Assembly: GCA_013265495.1 (NCBI GenBank)
Contig: MU058433.1
Span: 222,820-286,819, forward strand
Direction: 5' to 3'
DNA: 64,000 nucleotides
From: Vicugna vicugna
Lineage: Eukaryota
Part shown: positions 1 through 13,237 of the stretch, in pieces
Position numbering within the stretch: position 1 is the first letter of the stretch
Layout: every line of letters starts with the position of its first letter
Position numbers and translations under genes: made by a program
The notes under the pieces: model-generated
What the model saw: only the letters and a program-made list of their open reading frames with translations
Told to the model about the DNA's origin: nothing
Databases searched by the model: none

Positions 1-1087
1 CACGGTTCTATTGGAAGACTGTCAGTCCATGGAGTGGCACTGGTTTTAATTTTTTATTATAATCCTCAAGTGGAGATATTCTGCACAAATTTTAAATAAT
101 TTTATACAATTCTAAACACTGTGGTTCATCAACTAAGTTTCTATTTTATGCTTCAAAATTATCGTCTTACTAGCGCAAAAGCCTTACAACCCCAACCCTG
201 GAACAATTCTGTGCTCTGTGTCAAATGTTGCTATACTGAGACTGTGGACCGCTTCTGAAGAAAGTAAACACATATGCAGATTGCAAGCAACATTTGTTCA
301 TAATTTCAGCTTTTAACTGGGATCTCATTACATGGCTATGTTTTTACCTACTACATGGTTTATAATAATATGTTTTTGCCATCCTCAGTTCTCTTGTACA
401 CCTCCTGCCCCTCATGGTTTTCAATATTCCATTAATGTCTGTCCCATAAAGAAAAATGAAATTATTAGAAAGTGAACCCTCTCAAATTCTAATCTTTTTG
501 ACATGTACAGCCATTATTTTCCCATTTCTTACTGTATTTGTTTATTGCTAATTCCTTTTTCTGATCAACCAAAGTTCTCAAAATATGCTCTTGGGAGCTC
601 AGACCATCATTCACTTCTTCTATTTCTCATGTTTACAGTGTGTTTTAATTTATGGCTTTTTTACCCAATAGCAAAAATTCCTTTAATATTAGTGACTTTT
701 CTTCTTTCATGTAAGTTTCTGGAAAATATTTTTGAAACTATTTCTGCTTTCTCAATTTCTATTTCTTCCCTCCTTTATAATCTGGCTTCAACCACAAGTT
801 GAAGTTTCCAGTAAAGAGTCTGTTATCAAAGCCACCAGTAATCTTGTCTAATTGGACTACCTTACAACAAGTTGTATTATTGTGCAATCTACTTCTCCGC
901 AATCTGTCTACCGTGACTTCTGGGATACTACACAATCCTAGCTTTTCTTCTCTGTCTAAAATGTGTTCCTTCATGTTCTCAAGGAAATGATATTAGATCA
1001 AAAAGAAAACCTCAACCAGGTCCATAGGAAAAATAATGAAAGCATTTCAGAACTGAGTACAATAAGGCTCGAAAAAAAAATCGGTAT

Positions 1088-1427
1088 TGTTGATCTGAAA
1101 CAAATAGACTGACAGATACTTCTCCAAAAAAGATGGGTCTCTCTGGGATTACCAGGGAATTGTGGTTTGGGCTCTGCAGTCATGGTGAGCCAGGTGTAAA
1201 TCCCTGCATATCAAGGGAAGGAGAACACGTCTGTAGAGGGGAAAAGGATGTTAGAGGGCCATAGTAAACACAGACTCCATGGTTTTTTATTAGCTGAGTC
1301 CTTGACAGAAAAGAATAGGGGTTTTTCTTCTTGTTGGGCTCTGTTATCATCTTAGGGTGTGAGAGCTTCTCCTTCTGGTCTCTCAACTTTATTTAATTGA
1401 GGTTTCTGTTTGTTAATTTTTTAAACA
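1088..1427 (-). mobile_element. Solo LTR, probably ERV1 class
   Basis: TGTTG...AAACA termini with GTAT/ATAT flanks (4-bp TSD with one mismatch). GC content is above the surroundings. Resemblance to laurasiatherian LTRs is from recall. Confidence 0.55.
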
Positions 1428-2199
1428 ATATCTTTAGTTATCAAGCTACTGTAAATATAAGCATCACTGATATATCACTTTCTCCAATAAAACTGGTATA
1501 GACTTTCTGAAGATAAAATTGTCCTTGGCATAAGAATGGAGACTTTTATACACTACTAGGAATTTGTTTTAAGTAAATAATAAGACCAGAGTGCCATATA
1601 TGATTCATGAATATATTTGCTGTAGCATTTTTATTTAATAATTTTTAAAAAACCCACTGGACATGAAAAGATAGAAAAATATTTTAAAATACTCTATCTA
1701 TTTAACAAACATTTATGCAGACTTAAAAATCGTTTTTTGGAAGAACATTTAATGTGCTAATTGTATACTCTTAATTATAAACACAGTGATATATGTGTAA
1801 TGATACATCGTCGCATTTCTACTAAAGCATCTACCTAGGCATGTGCTCATATTAATAAATTTTAAAAATACACTAATAAATGTTACTTTAATGGAGGGAC
1901 AAATGAATATATTTTAAAAGAGTGATTTAGTGAATGATTATGTGAATAATTTACATAATTTAAATTTATTCAACTTGACTCCCCCAGGACCTTTGCAAAA
2001 CTTCACAGGGAAAGGAACTGAGCCCTACAGTAATGAAATTACTAGTTTTTAATAAAACATCTCATTTCTGATTTATATCCAGCTATATACCTGCACACAT
2101 TTACATAATAAATATATTCATGCAAACATGTATCCATACATACCTGAATATATACATACATATACATGTTTAGATAGGTGTCAGTCCCCATTTGAGCAC

Positions 2200-2411
2200 C
2201 CAGGAGGTTAGCCTATGGCCTTTGATGTTTTGAAATATTCCTTGGGACTTTGGGGATATGTAACACTCATTTTCCTTGAGGCTTAGATCAACAGGAAAGA
2301 AATCTAGAGTTAAAAACTTGCCCAGAGACTGTGATGATTATACAACTAAGTTCCTGTAATATTGAACCAGGTACACAGCATCTCCTTTCTTTGCCCTCCA
2401 AGACCTAAGGT
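2200..2411 (+). promoter_or_regulatory. Putative promoter and non-coding first exon of OR52N4-like copy A
   Basis: O/E (EBF)-like TTCCTTGGGA at 2238-2247 and donor CTAAG|GTATT (GT 2410-2411). Homologous to the blocks upstream of copies B-D. Acceptor AG at 3712-3713. Confidence 0.5.
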
Positions 2412-3761
2412 ATTTAAATATAACAATACAGGGGTCAGTGACAGCAGAATTTTTATTTTAGCCATTGGGATAAAGAGAGAAATGGATTTAAGATAGATAC
2501 TAATTGCTTTTCTTTTTTCCCCATAGATATAAATGTTTTATTTCATTGATCTAAGTTCAAGTCAGAAAGAGATGCATGGTGATGGTGCAAGGACTGGTAG
2601 AAATATTTATTTCTTGCCTTTGGCCTTAAGAATCTATTTAAATGATTATAATACATATGCATTTACATAAACAACCCTTCAACCATGTAGGAATGCTTGC
2701 TTTGTGTGGAAGTCAGGAATGGACCACTGCCATGTCAGAGAATAATGGGAAATATACAGAGAACAATTCTAGGTCATAAGAATTATGTTCAAATTTCTCC
2801 TGCTGCCTACTTGCCTACCTCTTTCTCTTATGAGTGTATGATTTCACTTGAATTAAGATCTACCTGTAAATTCTCACTGAAGCCAAAATATATTTTAAGC
2901 CACTATGTATTTTGCATTATATCTATAGGAAGAACCTATTTTCATGTCATAAGAATTGAGAATGGTCTGGTGTGGGGATGGGGGGAATCACTGCCTATAA
3001 ATTCTGGAAATGAAGATTATTGATGATGGTATATAAAGTTGCACTTAGTTTATCTTTTTACAGTAATTTATGCATTTATGTTATGGTTTTATTCTTCCAG
3101 GCTACTTTTGTGTTTTCCAAATTTTAGCCATTAACCTTCATTTCAGTAATTCTTAAGGCATTCTGAGTCCTGCACTTTTCAATATAATATCTGAGAAACA
3201 GGTAGCTAAAATATGGCCTTCAGGCTGACCATTTCCTTAGGAGAATCTTGCTATTCAGAAATTGACAAAGTATGTCATCATCTGGCCTTGGCCCAATATC
3301 TTGCCCCAGCTCCAGCCTCCTAGTACCCATGTACAAGAGAAACCACTATTTTTTCTCAAAATATGATATACTTAAAGTTTCATGATTTTGCTGCCTGGAT
3401 TATAAATATTTAAATAATATGTCAACAAAAATAGCTTCAAAAATAATAACAAAAAGTTCTTATTTTATAAATGAATACTACTTGCCCGTTATAGAATTAA
3501 CTAAAAAGTATTTGTGGACTACATATATAAATGAATGAGTGAAAAAAAAATGCATATACAAGAATCCATTTGATTAAAAAAGTGTTTATGCTCATATTCC
3601 CTGGAAGTCAAAAATTTCAGTCAAGATACTGAAATGTATCTTGGAGAAAAAAGGCAAAAGAAATGAAGGCAGTGATGATAACCAAGATGATTCTTCCTCT
3701 TATCTTTTTCTAGGAGGATCTACAAGTGCTGTAGCTGATTAATGATCACATTAGCTTGATT

Positions 3762-4729
3762 ATGCTAGTGCTGAACCAAACAGACATGAATCCAGCCTCC
3801 TTCATACTTAATGGGATCGCAGGGCTGGAGGACATGCACATGTGGATGTCCCTCCCATTCTGCTCCATGTATGCTGTGGCTGTGGTAGGGAACTGCGGAC
3901 TCCTCTACCTCATAAACTATAAGGACGCCCTGCACAAGCCCATGTACTACTTCTTGGCCATGCTTTGTCTCACCGACCTTGTGATGTGCTCTAGTACAAT
4001 CCCTGAAGCTCTCTGCATTTCTGGTTTCATCTCAAGGAAATTGGCTTTAATGAATGCCTGGTTCAGATGTTCTTCATTCACACCTTCACAGGGATGGAGT
4101 CTGGGGTGCTCATGCTGATGGCCCTGGACCGCTATGTGGCCATCTGCTACCCTCTGCGCTACTCAACTATCCTCACCAATCCTGTCATTGCAAAGGCTGG
4201 GCTCTCCACCTTTCTCAGAGGGGTGCTGCTCATCACTCCCTTCACTTTCCTCATCAAGCGCCTGCCCAACTGCAGAGGCAAATTCATTCCCCACACCTAC
4301 TGCGACCACATGTCTGTAGCCAAGTTGTCCTGTGGAAATATCAAGGTCAATGCCATTTATGGTCTGATGGTTGCCCTTCTGACTGGGGGCTTTGACATCC
4401 AGTGCATCACGATCTCCTACACCATGATCCTCCGGGCAGTAGTCAGCCTCTCCTCAGCAGATGCTCAGCAGAAGGCCTTTGGCACCTGCACTGCTCACAT
4501 CTCTTCCATTGTTTTTTTTTTCTACAGTCCAGCTTTCTTCTCCTTCTTTTCCCATTGTTTTGGAGGCCACACAATCCCTCCCTCTTGCCACATCATTATG
4601 GCCAATACTTATCTGCTCCTACCTCCCACTATGAATCCTGCTGTCTATGGGGTGAAAACTAAGCAGATAAGAGACTGTATCGTAAGGATTCTTTCAAGTT
4701 CTAAGTATATCAGATCCCACAGTATGTGA
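3762..4729 (+). pseudogene. OR52N4: Class I olfactory receptor OR52N4-like copy A, frameshifted
   Basis: ATG at 3762 (MLVLNQTD..SFILNG..LHKPMYYFL). A 1-bp deletion at ~4017-4021 (CTCTGCATTTCTGGTTTCAT vs intact ATC TTT TGG) shifts the frame. The second frame continues [35 protein letters not shown] to TGA at 4729. Confidence 0.88.
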
Positions 4730-5533
4730 AAAGGACATTTGCCTGGGCAGAGGGGAGGGGAAAAGAAAGAATGTTTCTGTTTGTTTAGTCAAGAGACTTT
4801 CCAAGAATAGGTGTCTGATCTTGCCAAGTTAATGTGATGATTAATCCATCCCCATTAATTTTTTTATAGAATACCAAATTTTTTCATGCTGCATCAGCCT
4901 CCACATGCTTTTCACCTCCAGGTTCTCTGTATAGCTCAAGTTTCAATAATATCGAATTCCAATAGAGAAAAATACTAATGTAAAGCTGGAGCATTTATCT
5001 AAAAAGCTGACTCTCGTAAGACCAATGATCTGGGACCAGATGACCAAAACTGCTATTTTTAATTGTGAATTGAATTTCCTATTTAATAACTGTGATTTAA
5101 CCTGAAAAAAATGCACTGTGTTCTCATCATTCCCCAAAGTCTTCTGTTGTCTCAACAATGTCTTAAAGATAAAACTAGAAAGTATACTGTGAGGTCAGTA
5201 ATGTAATGAGGTGTAAATCTCTTAGTGTCTTATGAGAAACATAGTGACCTGGTGTCTGACCAGGTCTCTCCTTGGATGAATCTTTCATATACTTGCCTCT
5301 TCCCCAAATAATGAGTTGTCTCTTTTCATCAAATAAAGCTTTCACAGAGTGCAAAGTTTGGAGGGAGAAGTAGAATAATGAAATATATAAAATATTATAA
5401 TAAATGTATTTCTATGTGTACAGGGTCTGGAGGACAATGGTTACTTTTCTTCTTTTGAGCTGAAAAGGGAAACTAAGAGAATTACTTGAACATTTTCTGC
5501 ATAATATTCAAAATTAACATGAAGGTGAGACAC

Positions 5534-6026
5534 TGTAACTAGCAGGACCCAGTGGGGCCTTCCCAGAACACACCCCCTCACCCATGCTTCTGCTTTAGCT
5601 CCTCTCTGAAGTACCCAGATACAGTATCTGATAAATATTTCCTGAGTTGTTTACAGATGCCAAAACCCCCATCAAATTGAAGAAATTAACTACTAGATGA
5701 CCATATGCACGTAGACCTCAGACCTACTGGAGCCTAAAGACTGATAATGTTAACCTCTGTAACACTGTCCTGTTATCTCACCATCAACCAATCACAGAAT
5801 TGTGCACAAGATGATCACATACACTGGGACTCCCCTCCCTCACCTTCCCTTCAAAAATGCTTTTTTGAAACCCATCAGGGAATTTGGACTTTTTGAGCAT
5901 TAGCTGTCCAGAAGTCCTTGTATGCCACCTATAGTAAATACTGTACTTTCCTTCAACACAACCTGGGGAGTGTAGATTAGCTTCACTGTGTGAGGGCAAG
6001 TGGACCCAAGCTTCGGTTCAGTAACA
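5534..6026 (+). mobile_element. Solo LTR, probably ERV1 class
   Basis: TGTAAC...GTAACA termini, CCAAT box (~5788), AGTAAA poly(A)-like signal (~5933) and a U5-like end GGACCCAAGCTTCGGTTCAGTAACA. Confidence 0.65.
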
Positions 6027-6139
6027 AGACTATGAATAATCATAGTTTTATAGCATTGCCACAGATTTCATAAAAAAGATTTCAGAGTCGATTAGAAACA
6101 AAAGGTAGAATAAAATAATAAAAGACATCAATATTCAAA

Positions 6140-6595
6140 AGACTTGAAACAAATGAAAATGGAAACACAACACACCAAAAACTAGGTGATGCTGCAAAAG
6201 CAGTTCTTAGAGAAAAGATTACAGCAACAAATTCATGTGTTATAAAAAAAAATCTTGAATAAACAACCTAACTGTATACATCCAGGAATCATAAAAAGAA
6301 GAACCAACTAAGTACAAAGTTAGCAGAAGGAAGAAAATAACAAAAATCAGAGTGGAAGAAATAAAATGGAGACCAGAAAAAACAGTATAAAAGATCAATA
6401 AAACTAAGACCTGTTTTTTTGAAAAGCTATACCAAATTGACAAATCTTTGATAGACTAAAAAAAGAAAGAAGACTCAACTAAATAAAATCATAAATGAAA
6501 GAGGAGACATTACAGCTGATACCACCAAAATACACAGAATCATAAGAAACTACTACAAAAAATTATGTGCCAACAAATTGGATAATATAGATGAA
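6140..6595 (+). mobile_element. L1 ORF2 fragment
   Basis: A-rich, degenerate L1 ORF2 sequence (ETNENGNTT..DAAKAVLR..KINKTK..FFEK..NERGDITADT..IIRNYY..ANKLDN). Confidence 0.8.
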
Positions 6596-6739
6596 TATAT
6601 ACAGGAATATATTTTATACTCTAAAGATTGTCCAATAATATAGTGGTCATTCCATTTTTTTCTCTCAGATTGCTTCTTTGCTCTTTGAGACAACTCTTCC
6701 ATGTGCTGGCTAAACAATCTTTACATGCCTGCCTCTAAG

Positions 6740-7600
6740 GTACTTCATGTTGACATAATTAATCTGAATTCATTCTCTCACCCTGTAGCTTGGTCTTTCT
6801 TCAGTCTTCCTTAAGTATGTAAATAGCATCACATGTCACCCCACTGCATATATCAGGAACTTAGAATTGTTCTTCAGTCATAAAAATTATTAATTTTACC
6901 TCCAACATATCTTCCAAATCCATGCCCTTTTCTTCACCTTCACTTCCCATATCCTACTTCAAGGTATAATCATCTCTTCCTTGGATCACTGTTGCCTACT
7001 TGACTTACTTATATTCATTCTTGCTACATTTAATCTGGTCTCCACATTGCTGCCATGTGTGAATTCTCTGGCTTCAGTGGTCTCTTATGATTTTAGCACA
7101 AGCTTGCTTGTAAGTCTCTGGTCTCTGTTACCTCAACAGCTCTATTTCCCACAGTATCTCATTTTTCATCACATCTCAGAGCTGAAGCCACGTTTATTAT
7201 ATAGAATATGCCACAATCCCTCTCATTTCAGCATCTTAAACTTCCTTGGATACTTCACCTGCCTTCCTTTCACCCCACCAAACACACCATAGGTAACTCA
7301 CGTTCAAACACTTGACCTCAACACAAACTGGCATTTCTTCAGGAAATCCTCTGACATCAAGACCAAATTAATTATTTCCATTATAAGCTCTCATATCTCT
7401 GGGTACTTTTGCTCCAAAGCACTTATTCAGTCCATAACTATGTATTTTCTTTTGATGATTCATTCAGTACTTTCCCTCCTGCCTCAACTAGATCACAATT
7501 TCCATGGGACAGGGACTGTGACAGTTTTAATAATCATTTTATGGCTACCATATCTTCTAACTACTATAGCAAGTCAGCATATATTTTGGGATGAATGAGT
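6740..7600 (+). mobile_element. Ancient L2 remnants
   Basis: Pyrimidine-rich, L2-like sequence ending near GGGACAGGGACTGTG..GATGAATGA. Confidence 0.45.
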
Positions 7601-7979
7601 ACTCTCCCCTTTAAGAGTACTTTTTTAAAGAGTGCAACCTCCTAACCAGAGAATTTAGAATGACCTGAATTTTTGTACTCAATAACAATCCAAATACTCT
7701 AATAAAATTGCCCACTCTTTGCGGGGCCAACTTGGTTTCACGAATGAAGGTATTTTTCTGTTTATATAAGTTCTCAGGTTACATTACTAGAAACATAACT
7801 GTGAGTTGATATCCTTTCTAGCCTTTTGGGATTTAACATCCTAGGAATTTAGCTTTCTCTATGGGCCATTCTCTCCTCATGTCTCCAAAGAAGGTCTATT
7901 AACCTTAGATGACTGAGCTGCTTGAGTAGTAAACTATGAGTAGTAAACGTCCCATAAATTCAACACACTCATAGTCTCT

Positions 7980-8117
7980 GTGCCATGAGTCACCTGAGAA
8001 TCCTTCTTCATCTCTTGTGAAATCTCCTTTTTCAAATAGGTGTATTTCCACCTGGTAGGAAACCTCTGCCATTGCTAGGACCTTACTTGTGAGTCTCTGC
8101 TCAAAACCACAGTAAGT
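7980..8117 (+). promoter_or_regulatory. Possible promoter/5' exon of OR56B1
   Basis: CACCTGAGAATCCTTCTTCA and CCACA|GTAAGTAC (GT 8112-8113) resemble motifs at 42193-42350 upstream of OR56B2. Confidence 0.35.
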
Positions 8118-10200
8118 ACTAAAGCCTTGTCATAGTCACATTGGTTAAATCACAGAACATTCAAGGCTAATCATTAACCTCTCCTTACACTGCTTTTGGT
8201 AACATCCTGCACAATGGACTGACCCTTACCTCTACCCTAGCAGGATACAGAGGCTTGGAGAGACTTTTCAAGGGGGTTGTGGCTAGAATTAGATAAATAT
8301 AACATCTGTATGGCACTGTAGAAGTTACCTCTTCTACGAAACAGATGCCAGATTACCTTCAGGATTCATATATTAACTGTTTTACATGGAAGAATTATAT
8401 TCCAAGTCCTGCTAACCTCTAATTGCTGGGGAAAAAAAAACATTAAAAATAATTATTTTCTTCTGTGATCTCAGATCTGCTCTTTATTTTAGCTGTATCA
8501 AATGATAATGAACCAAGGATAAACATTTAAAGAAAATGGAAAAAACATCAAAGATACAAGGTGTTTTTTATACAAGGATGCATAACAATAAATGAGTTTT
8601 TGACAAAAATGCTGGACCTTGTGCAGTCAAGTAAGTTACATGCTTCCAAACTCTCATGATGGAGCTATTCCTTCAGAACCTTCAGAATTTTCATCTAAAA
8701 GTCCAAAGTCAATCTAGCTTCATCTCTAAACCTGTTTGTCTGCTACTCATTAAACTTTGCCATGAATACATTTAGATGATTTTACTGTTTATCAAATTAC
8801 ACCCACCATTTAAAAAGCATGGTTTATTCATAACTAGGCAGCATATGCTTATCTGAATATCTGATAAAAGGGCATCTAGCTGTTAAGATCAATCTTTTTT
8901 CATTGGTGATGCTGCAGAAGAATTTTAATTTCTTTTAGAATTTTTTTTGTATTTAAAAGTAATTTTATCAAGAATAAACCTATAACCAATATAATTAAAT
9001 GGTTAATAATCTAAACATTTCATTTAAAAACTTCCATGTTTTATGTTTTAAAGCACAATTTTCTAGTCTCCTTGTTTTCTTGCTCGTAAACCTACAATAG
9101 CTTCCACCAAGGTGAACATATTAATAATTAAATGCTTTGCAAAGTCAACAATTTTAGTCAAGAGCAAATATTTTGTGTATCTGAAGTATATAAGATACAA
9201 GGAGGTAAAACCAAAGATGATACTCAGTAAATTTGTTCATGTCAGAAGGTGATTTGTGCACCAGAAAGGAATTTGAATTGTATGTGAAGGGAGGTGTGAA
9301 AATATAAGTTATTTTAAGCAAGGGAATATCAATCTGAGAAAGGTCAGATTGCTGACAAAAAGAGAGAAGCTTGGGCAGAGACAAGTGTGACCAGGTGAGA
9401 TTACAGAAGCAGTGCTGAAGAGAAGGGGTGCACGAAGGAAGTAAAGGAGAGAAGACAACATGGTAAGGAAGCAATTGTTTATGGAAAAGGAAGTCAGGTT
9501 TGTTAATTCCCTTTTAAGCTATTCTTCTGTAACCTCCTCAGAAGGCCATACAAAGTAGAATATCAAAGAAAGCTATTCTTCTTCCAATCTGCAGCATGCC
9601 TTATGGCTGCAAACTCTTAAAAGTCTATAATACCAAATTATTGGAAGGCTATACAAAATATTTAAGGACAATGATTACAAGCTGGAGTGATGTAGCTATA
9701 AAATTTAATCTGCCATAATTCTGCACTTAAAAAAATCTACTTATTGTTAATAAAAGTCTGACTCAGAGAAGATTGAGAAAAAAATGAAGAGAACAAACTT
9801 ATTCACTCGATTCCACAAAGTTACTAAAGAGAAAGAGAAAATTAGAGGTTTAAAAAACAAATGAACAAACAAAAATTGAGAATCATATTTATGTTTTGGT
9901 CCTAAGCTGCAGTAACTGAGCACAAGACAAACAGAGATTTGAGATTCATGTAGGATTTTCCCTGAATAATCAACATTGATAACTGTTACTATTATGTTTA
10001 CGCTGTACTTCTAAAGCCCTAGAACTTCATTGTAATTTATCTTATCTTATTACGAGATGGACTACAGAATTTATTTGGTTAATAGCACCAAACAACATTA
10101 TGTAGAGACAGTTTTAAAAAAATGTTTAATACAATTATGCGCAGAGACAGCAACTCTGAAAAACATGTTTTGTTTTGTTTTGTTTTTCTCTTAGGAGAAT

Positions 10201-11184
10201 ATGTCTATGTCTCTGCAAGTCTCCAATAGATCGAAATTCCAGGTCTCTGAGTTCATCCTGACGGGATTCCCAGGCATTCACAGCTGGCAACACTGGCTTT
10301 CTTTACCGCTGGCATTACTCTACCTCTCAGCAATCGGTGCCAATACCCTCATCCTCATCACCATCTGCCAGGACTCTGCTCTTCAGCAGCCCATGTATCA
10401 CTTCTTAGGCATCCTCTCTGTGGTGGACATGGGGTTGGCCACCACCATCATGCCCAAGATCCTGGCCATCTTCTGGTTTGATGCCAAGGTCATTAGCCTC
10501 CCTGAGTGTTTTGCTCAGATTTATGCCATCCACTGCTTTGTTGGCATGGAGTCAGGCATCTTCCTCTGCATGGCTTTTGATAGATATGTAGCTATTTGCC
10601 ACCCTCTTCGCTACCCATCAATTGTCACCAATGCCTTAATCTTAAAAGCTACCTTATTCATGGTGTTTCGGAATGGCTTGGTCGTCATTCCAGTGCCTGT
10701 GCTTGCAGCCCAGCGTAATTATTGCTCCAGGAATGAGATTGAGCATTGCCTGTGTTCTAACCTTGGGGTCACTAGACTGGCTTGTGATGACAGGAGACCA
10801 AACAGCATTTGCCAGTTGGTTCTGGCATGGCTTGGAATGGGGAGTGACCTAAGTCTTATAATATTGTCATACACTTTGATTCTGCGCTCGGTACTTAGAC
10901 TGAACTCAGCTGAAGCTGCGTCCAAGGCTCTGAGCACCTGTACCTCCCATCTCATCCTTATCCTCTTCTTCTACACAGTTGTTGTAGTGATTTCAGTAAC
11001 TCACCTGGCAGAGACTAAAGCTACTTTGATTACAGTCCTACTCAATGTGCTGCATAACATTATCCCCCCTTCCCTCAACCCTATGGTTTATGCACTTAGG
11101 ACTAAAGAACTTAGAGCAGGCTTCCAAAAGGTGTTTTGTTTGAGCCTGGAAAAGAAAGTAAGGCATCAGAGACCTTCTTCATGA
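10201..11184 (+). CDS. OR56B1: Olfactory receptor 56B1, intact 327 aa
   Basis: Single-exon ORF with [65 protein letters not shown] and PPSLNP, matching OR56B1 as recalled. Splice acceptor TTTTTCTCTTAG ends at 10194. Confidence 0.92.
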   Translation: MSMSLQVSNRSKFQVSEFILTGFPGIHSWQHWLSLPLALLYLSAIGANTLILITICQDSALQQPMYHFLGILSVVDMGLATTIMPKILAIFWFDAKVISLPECFAQIYAIHCFVGMESGIFLCMAFDRYVAICHPLRYPSIVTNALILKATLFMVFRNGLVVIPVPVLAAQRNYCSRNEIEHCLCSNLGVTRLACDDRRPNSICQLVLAWLGMGSDLSLIILSYTLILRSVLRLNSAEAASKALSTCTSHLILILFFYTVVVVISVTHLAETKATLITVLLNVLHNIIPPSLNPMVYALRTKELRAGFQKVFCLSLEKKVRHQRPSS

Positions 11185-11789
11185 CGTTCGTGGACTTTAG
11201 CTTCTTTTATGGTGGATAGTAAACTTTCAAAGATGATGGGGATACCGAATGCCTTTGAGATATGTTTTCAATTTTCATATAAACAAATGTAAAATGATTG
11301 TGAAAGGGAAAAACTGAAAACCTTCACAGTAGCTCCAAAATATTGACAAGAGTTAAATATATGTGAGAAAGGCAAGGACTTTCTCTCAGACCAATCAAAT
11401 TGAATCAAAAACCATAATGAATGATTTATATCTTTCCCCTAAAATAAAAATTAATATAATAGTCATATACACGCACATACACATACACAACCAAAGAAAC
11501 AGAAGTGACTGGGGCATGAATTACAGAGATTTCTTTTTCACTGATAACTGTTACTTGGGAGAAAAGTCAGTCTGGTGGAATAAGCATTATCCCAGTAATG
11601 TGAACGCAGATGCCAGAATAGAAAATGCTTCAGATGAGCAAAGCCCAGCCAGACGATGATGAGACTGTAGGAGAATAGAGCAAGATGACCAGACTTGGAC
11701 CAAAAAACAAAAAGCCCAAAAGATATAGATGAATAAATAAGAAAGAGGGAGAGACAGAGAGAGAGAGAACGGAAGGATCTAGCTCTTGC

Positions 11790-12290
11790 TCCATTTACCT
11801 GCCCAGCTCTTTGCTCTGCTCTCTCTGAATTGCACTGGACTCTCCTGGAGGTTGGAAGCTCATACCTGTATGACTCAGGAGCCTTTGTCTTCTTACATTC
11901 GATGGATCAAGTCATTGGGAGTCACTGGCAGGAGATTTAGAATGCAAGAGGAAAAAGTGTTTGAGTTTTGTTTTTTTCTTCTACTCTCAGACTGCTTTGA
12001 CACCAGTGCTCTGTTGTGTCCCTTAAGCATTTGCCAGGCAGTTCATTTGCCACAGGCTACAGCTCTTACCATTTTTACCCCAAGCCCGCTTTTTTCTTCC
12101 CTTTCCCCTTCAGAACAAGGGAGTGATGAAGCTTTTATGATATTGGTCTTTGGATACTCAATATCCAGTTTTTTTCAACATCCATTTTTATTTTCTCAAC
12201 CCCATCAACAACTTTAGTAGCAACTTTATTAAGTTCTTTTCAGACTGACATTTGTGTGTGTCTTTTGTTTCTTGTTGAGGCCCTGACAGA
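11790..12290 (+). mobile_element. Old ERVL-type LTR (LTR16/LTR33-like)
   Basis: Motifs CACTGGCAGGAGATT, CTTTATTAAG..TGTGTGTCTTTTGTTTCTTGTTGAGGCCCTGACA resemble this family as recalled. Confidence 0.5.
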
Positions 12291-13237
12291 TTCACCAGGT
12301 TTACCTCTATCTGTACCACCTCTGCTACAAGCTACCCATCTGCCTCTGTGCCTACACCCACACAAGGATATAGGCAGCTCGAGTGAGTGAGAAGGAGGTC
12401 TACAGGATGAACAGAAATAGAGAGATCTTTAAGGCAGGAAGCAGGTGCAGGATTTTCATCCCAGTGAAAAATCCTACTCTGAAAACTTTCTTCTCTTGTT
12501 CATGACTTTAAAACCAATGAGAAGCAGAAAATACTGTTTAGTCTATAGTGTCATGTATTTCCTTGTGATCTTGGCTGGTTTCCATTAAACCCAGGCTTAG
12601 AGTGTTTCATTAACTAGCTGTAATATTTTGTGGGTAATCTCTTGAAAAATCAGGGTTAATTTGGGATGCAGGCTCACCAGATGCTAGTAACTCAATTATA
12701 CATTGATTATTGTCACTCACCATCCGGTTAGATATAAAAAGAAAATTCTATCAGTTCTCGGTATAATGAAAATAATCTGAAGTATTTTTCCTTATTAATC
12801 TGGATTTTTACACAAACTTGAATTCATTTATATTTATTTAAAGGCTGATAAAGAGAAAATTCAATGTTCCATGGACTCATAAAACTATTTTCTTTAATAA
12901 TGGTACATTTCAAAATATTAAGATAATTTAAGTAAACATATGTTTGATTTTTTTTCAATAAATATACAAGAAGATGGTATTTCTACTAAATAGCAAGGTC
13001 CATGATAAGAGAAAAGTGCAGTGGAACAAAACAAAAATGACATGTCATTCCTGCAGAGATAACTCACACATTATAGGCTAACAGAATTGAAATATCAGGA
13101 TTTAAGCAAGAGTAACTTAATGAGAATTTGCAAAGCAGGAAGGAAATGAAGAAAAATTTATAAGAAGAGGTAAGAAATATAGACCATGAATCTTTAAAAT
13201 AAGCCATTATATTCTGTCACAGAAAAGATAATCAGAC

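Noticed and set aside
4508..4525. T10 run in copy A as a second frameshift
   Set aside because: It adds exactly one codon (IVFFFYS vs IVFSYS), so the frame is preserved.
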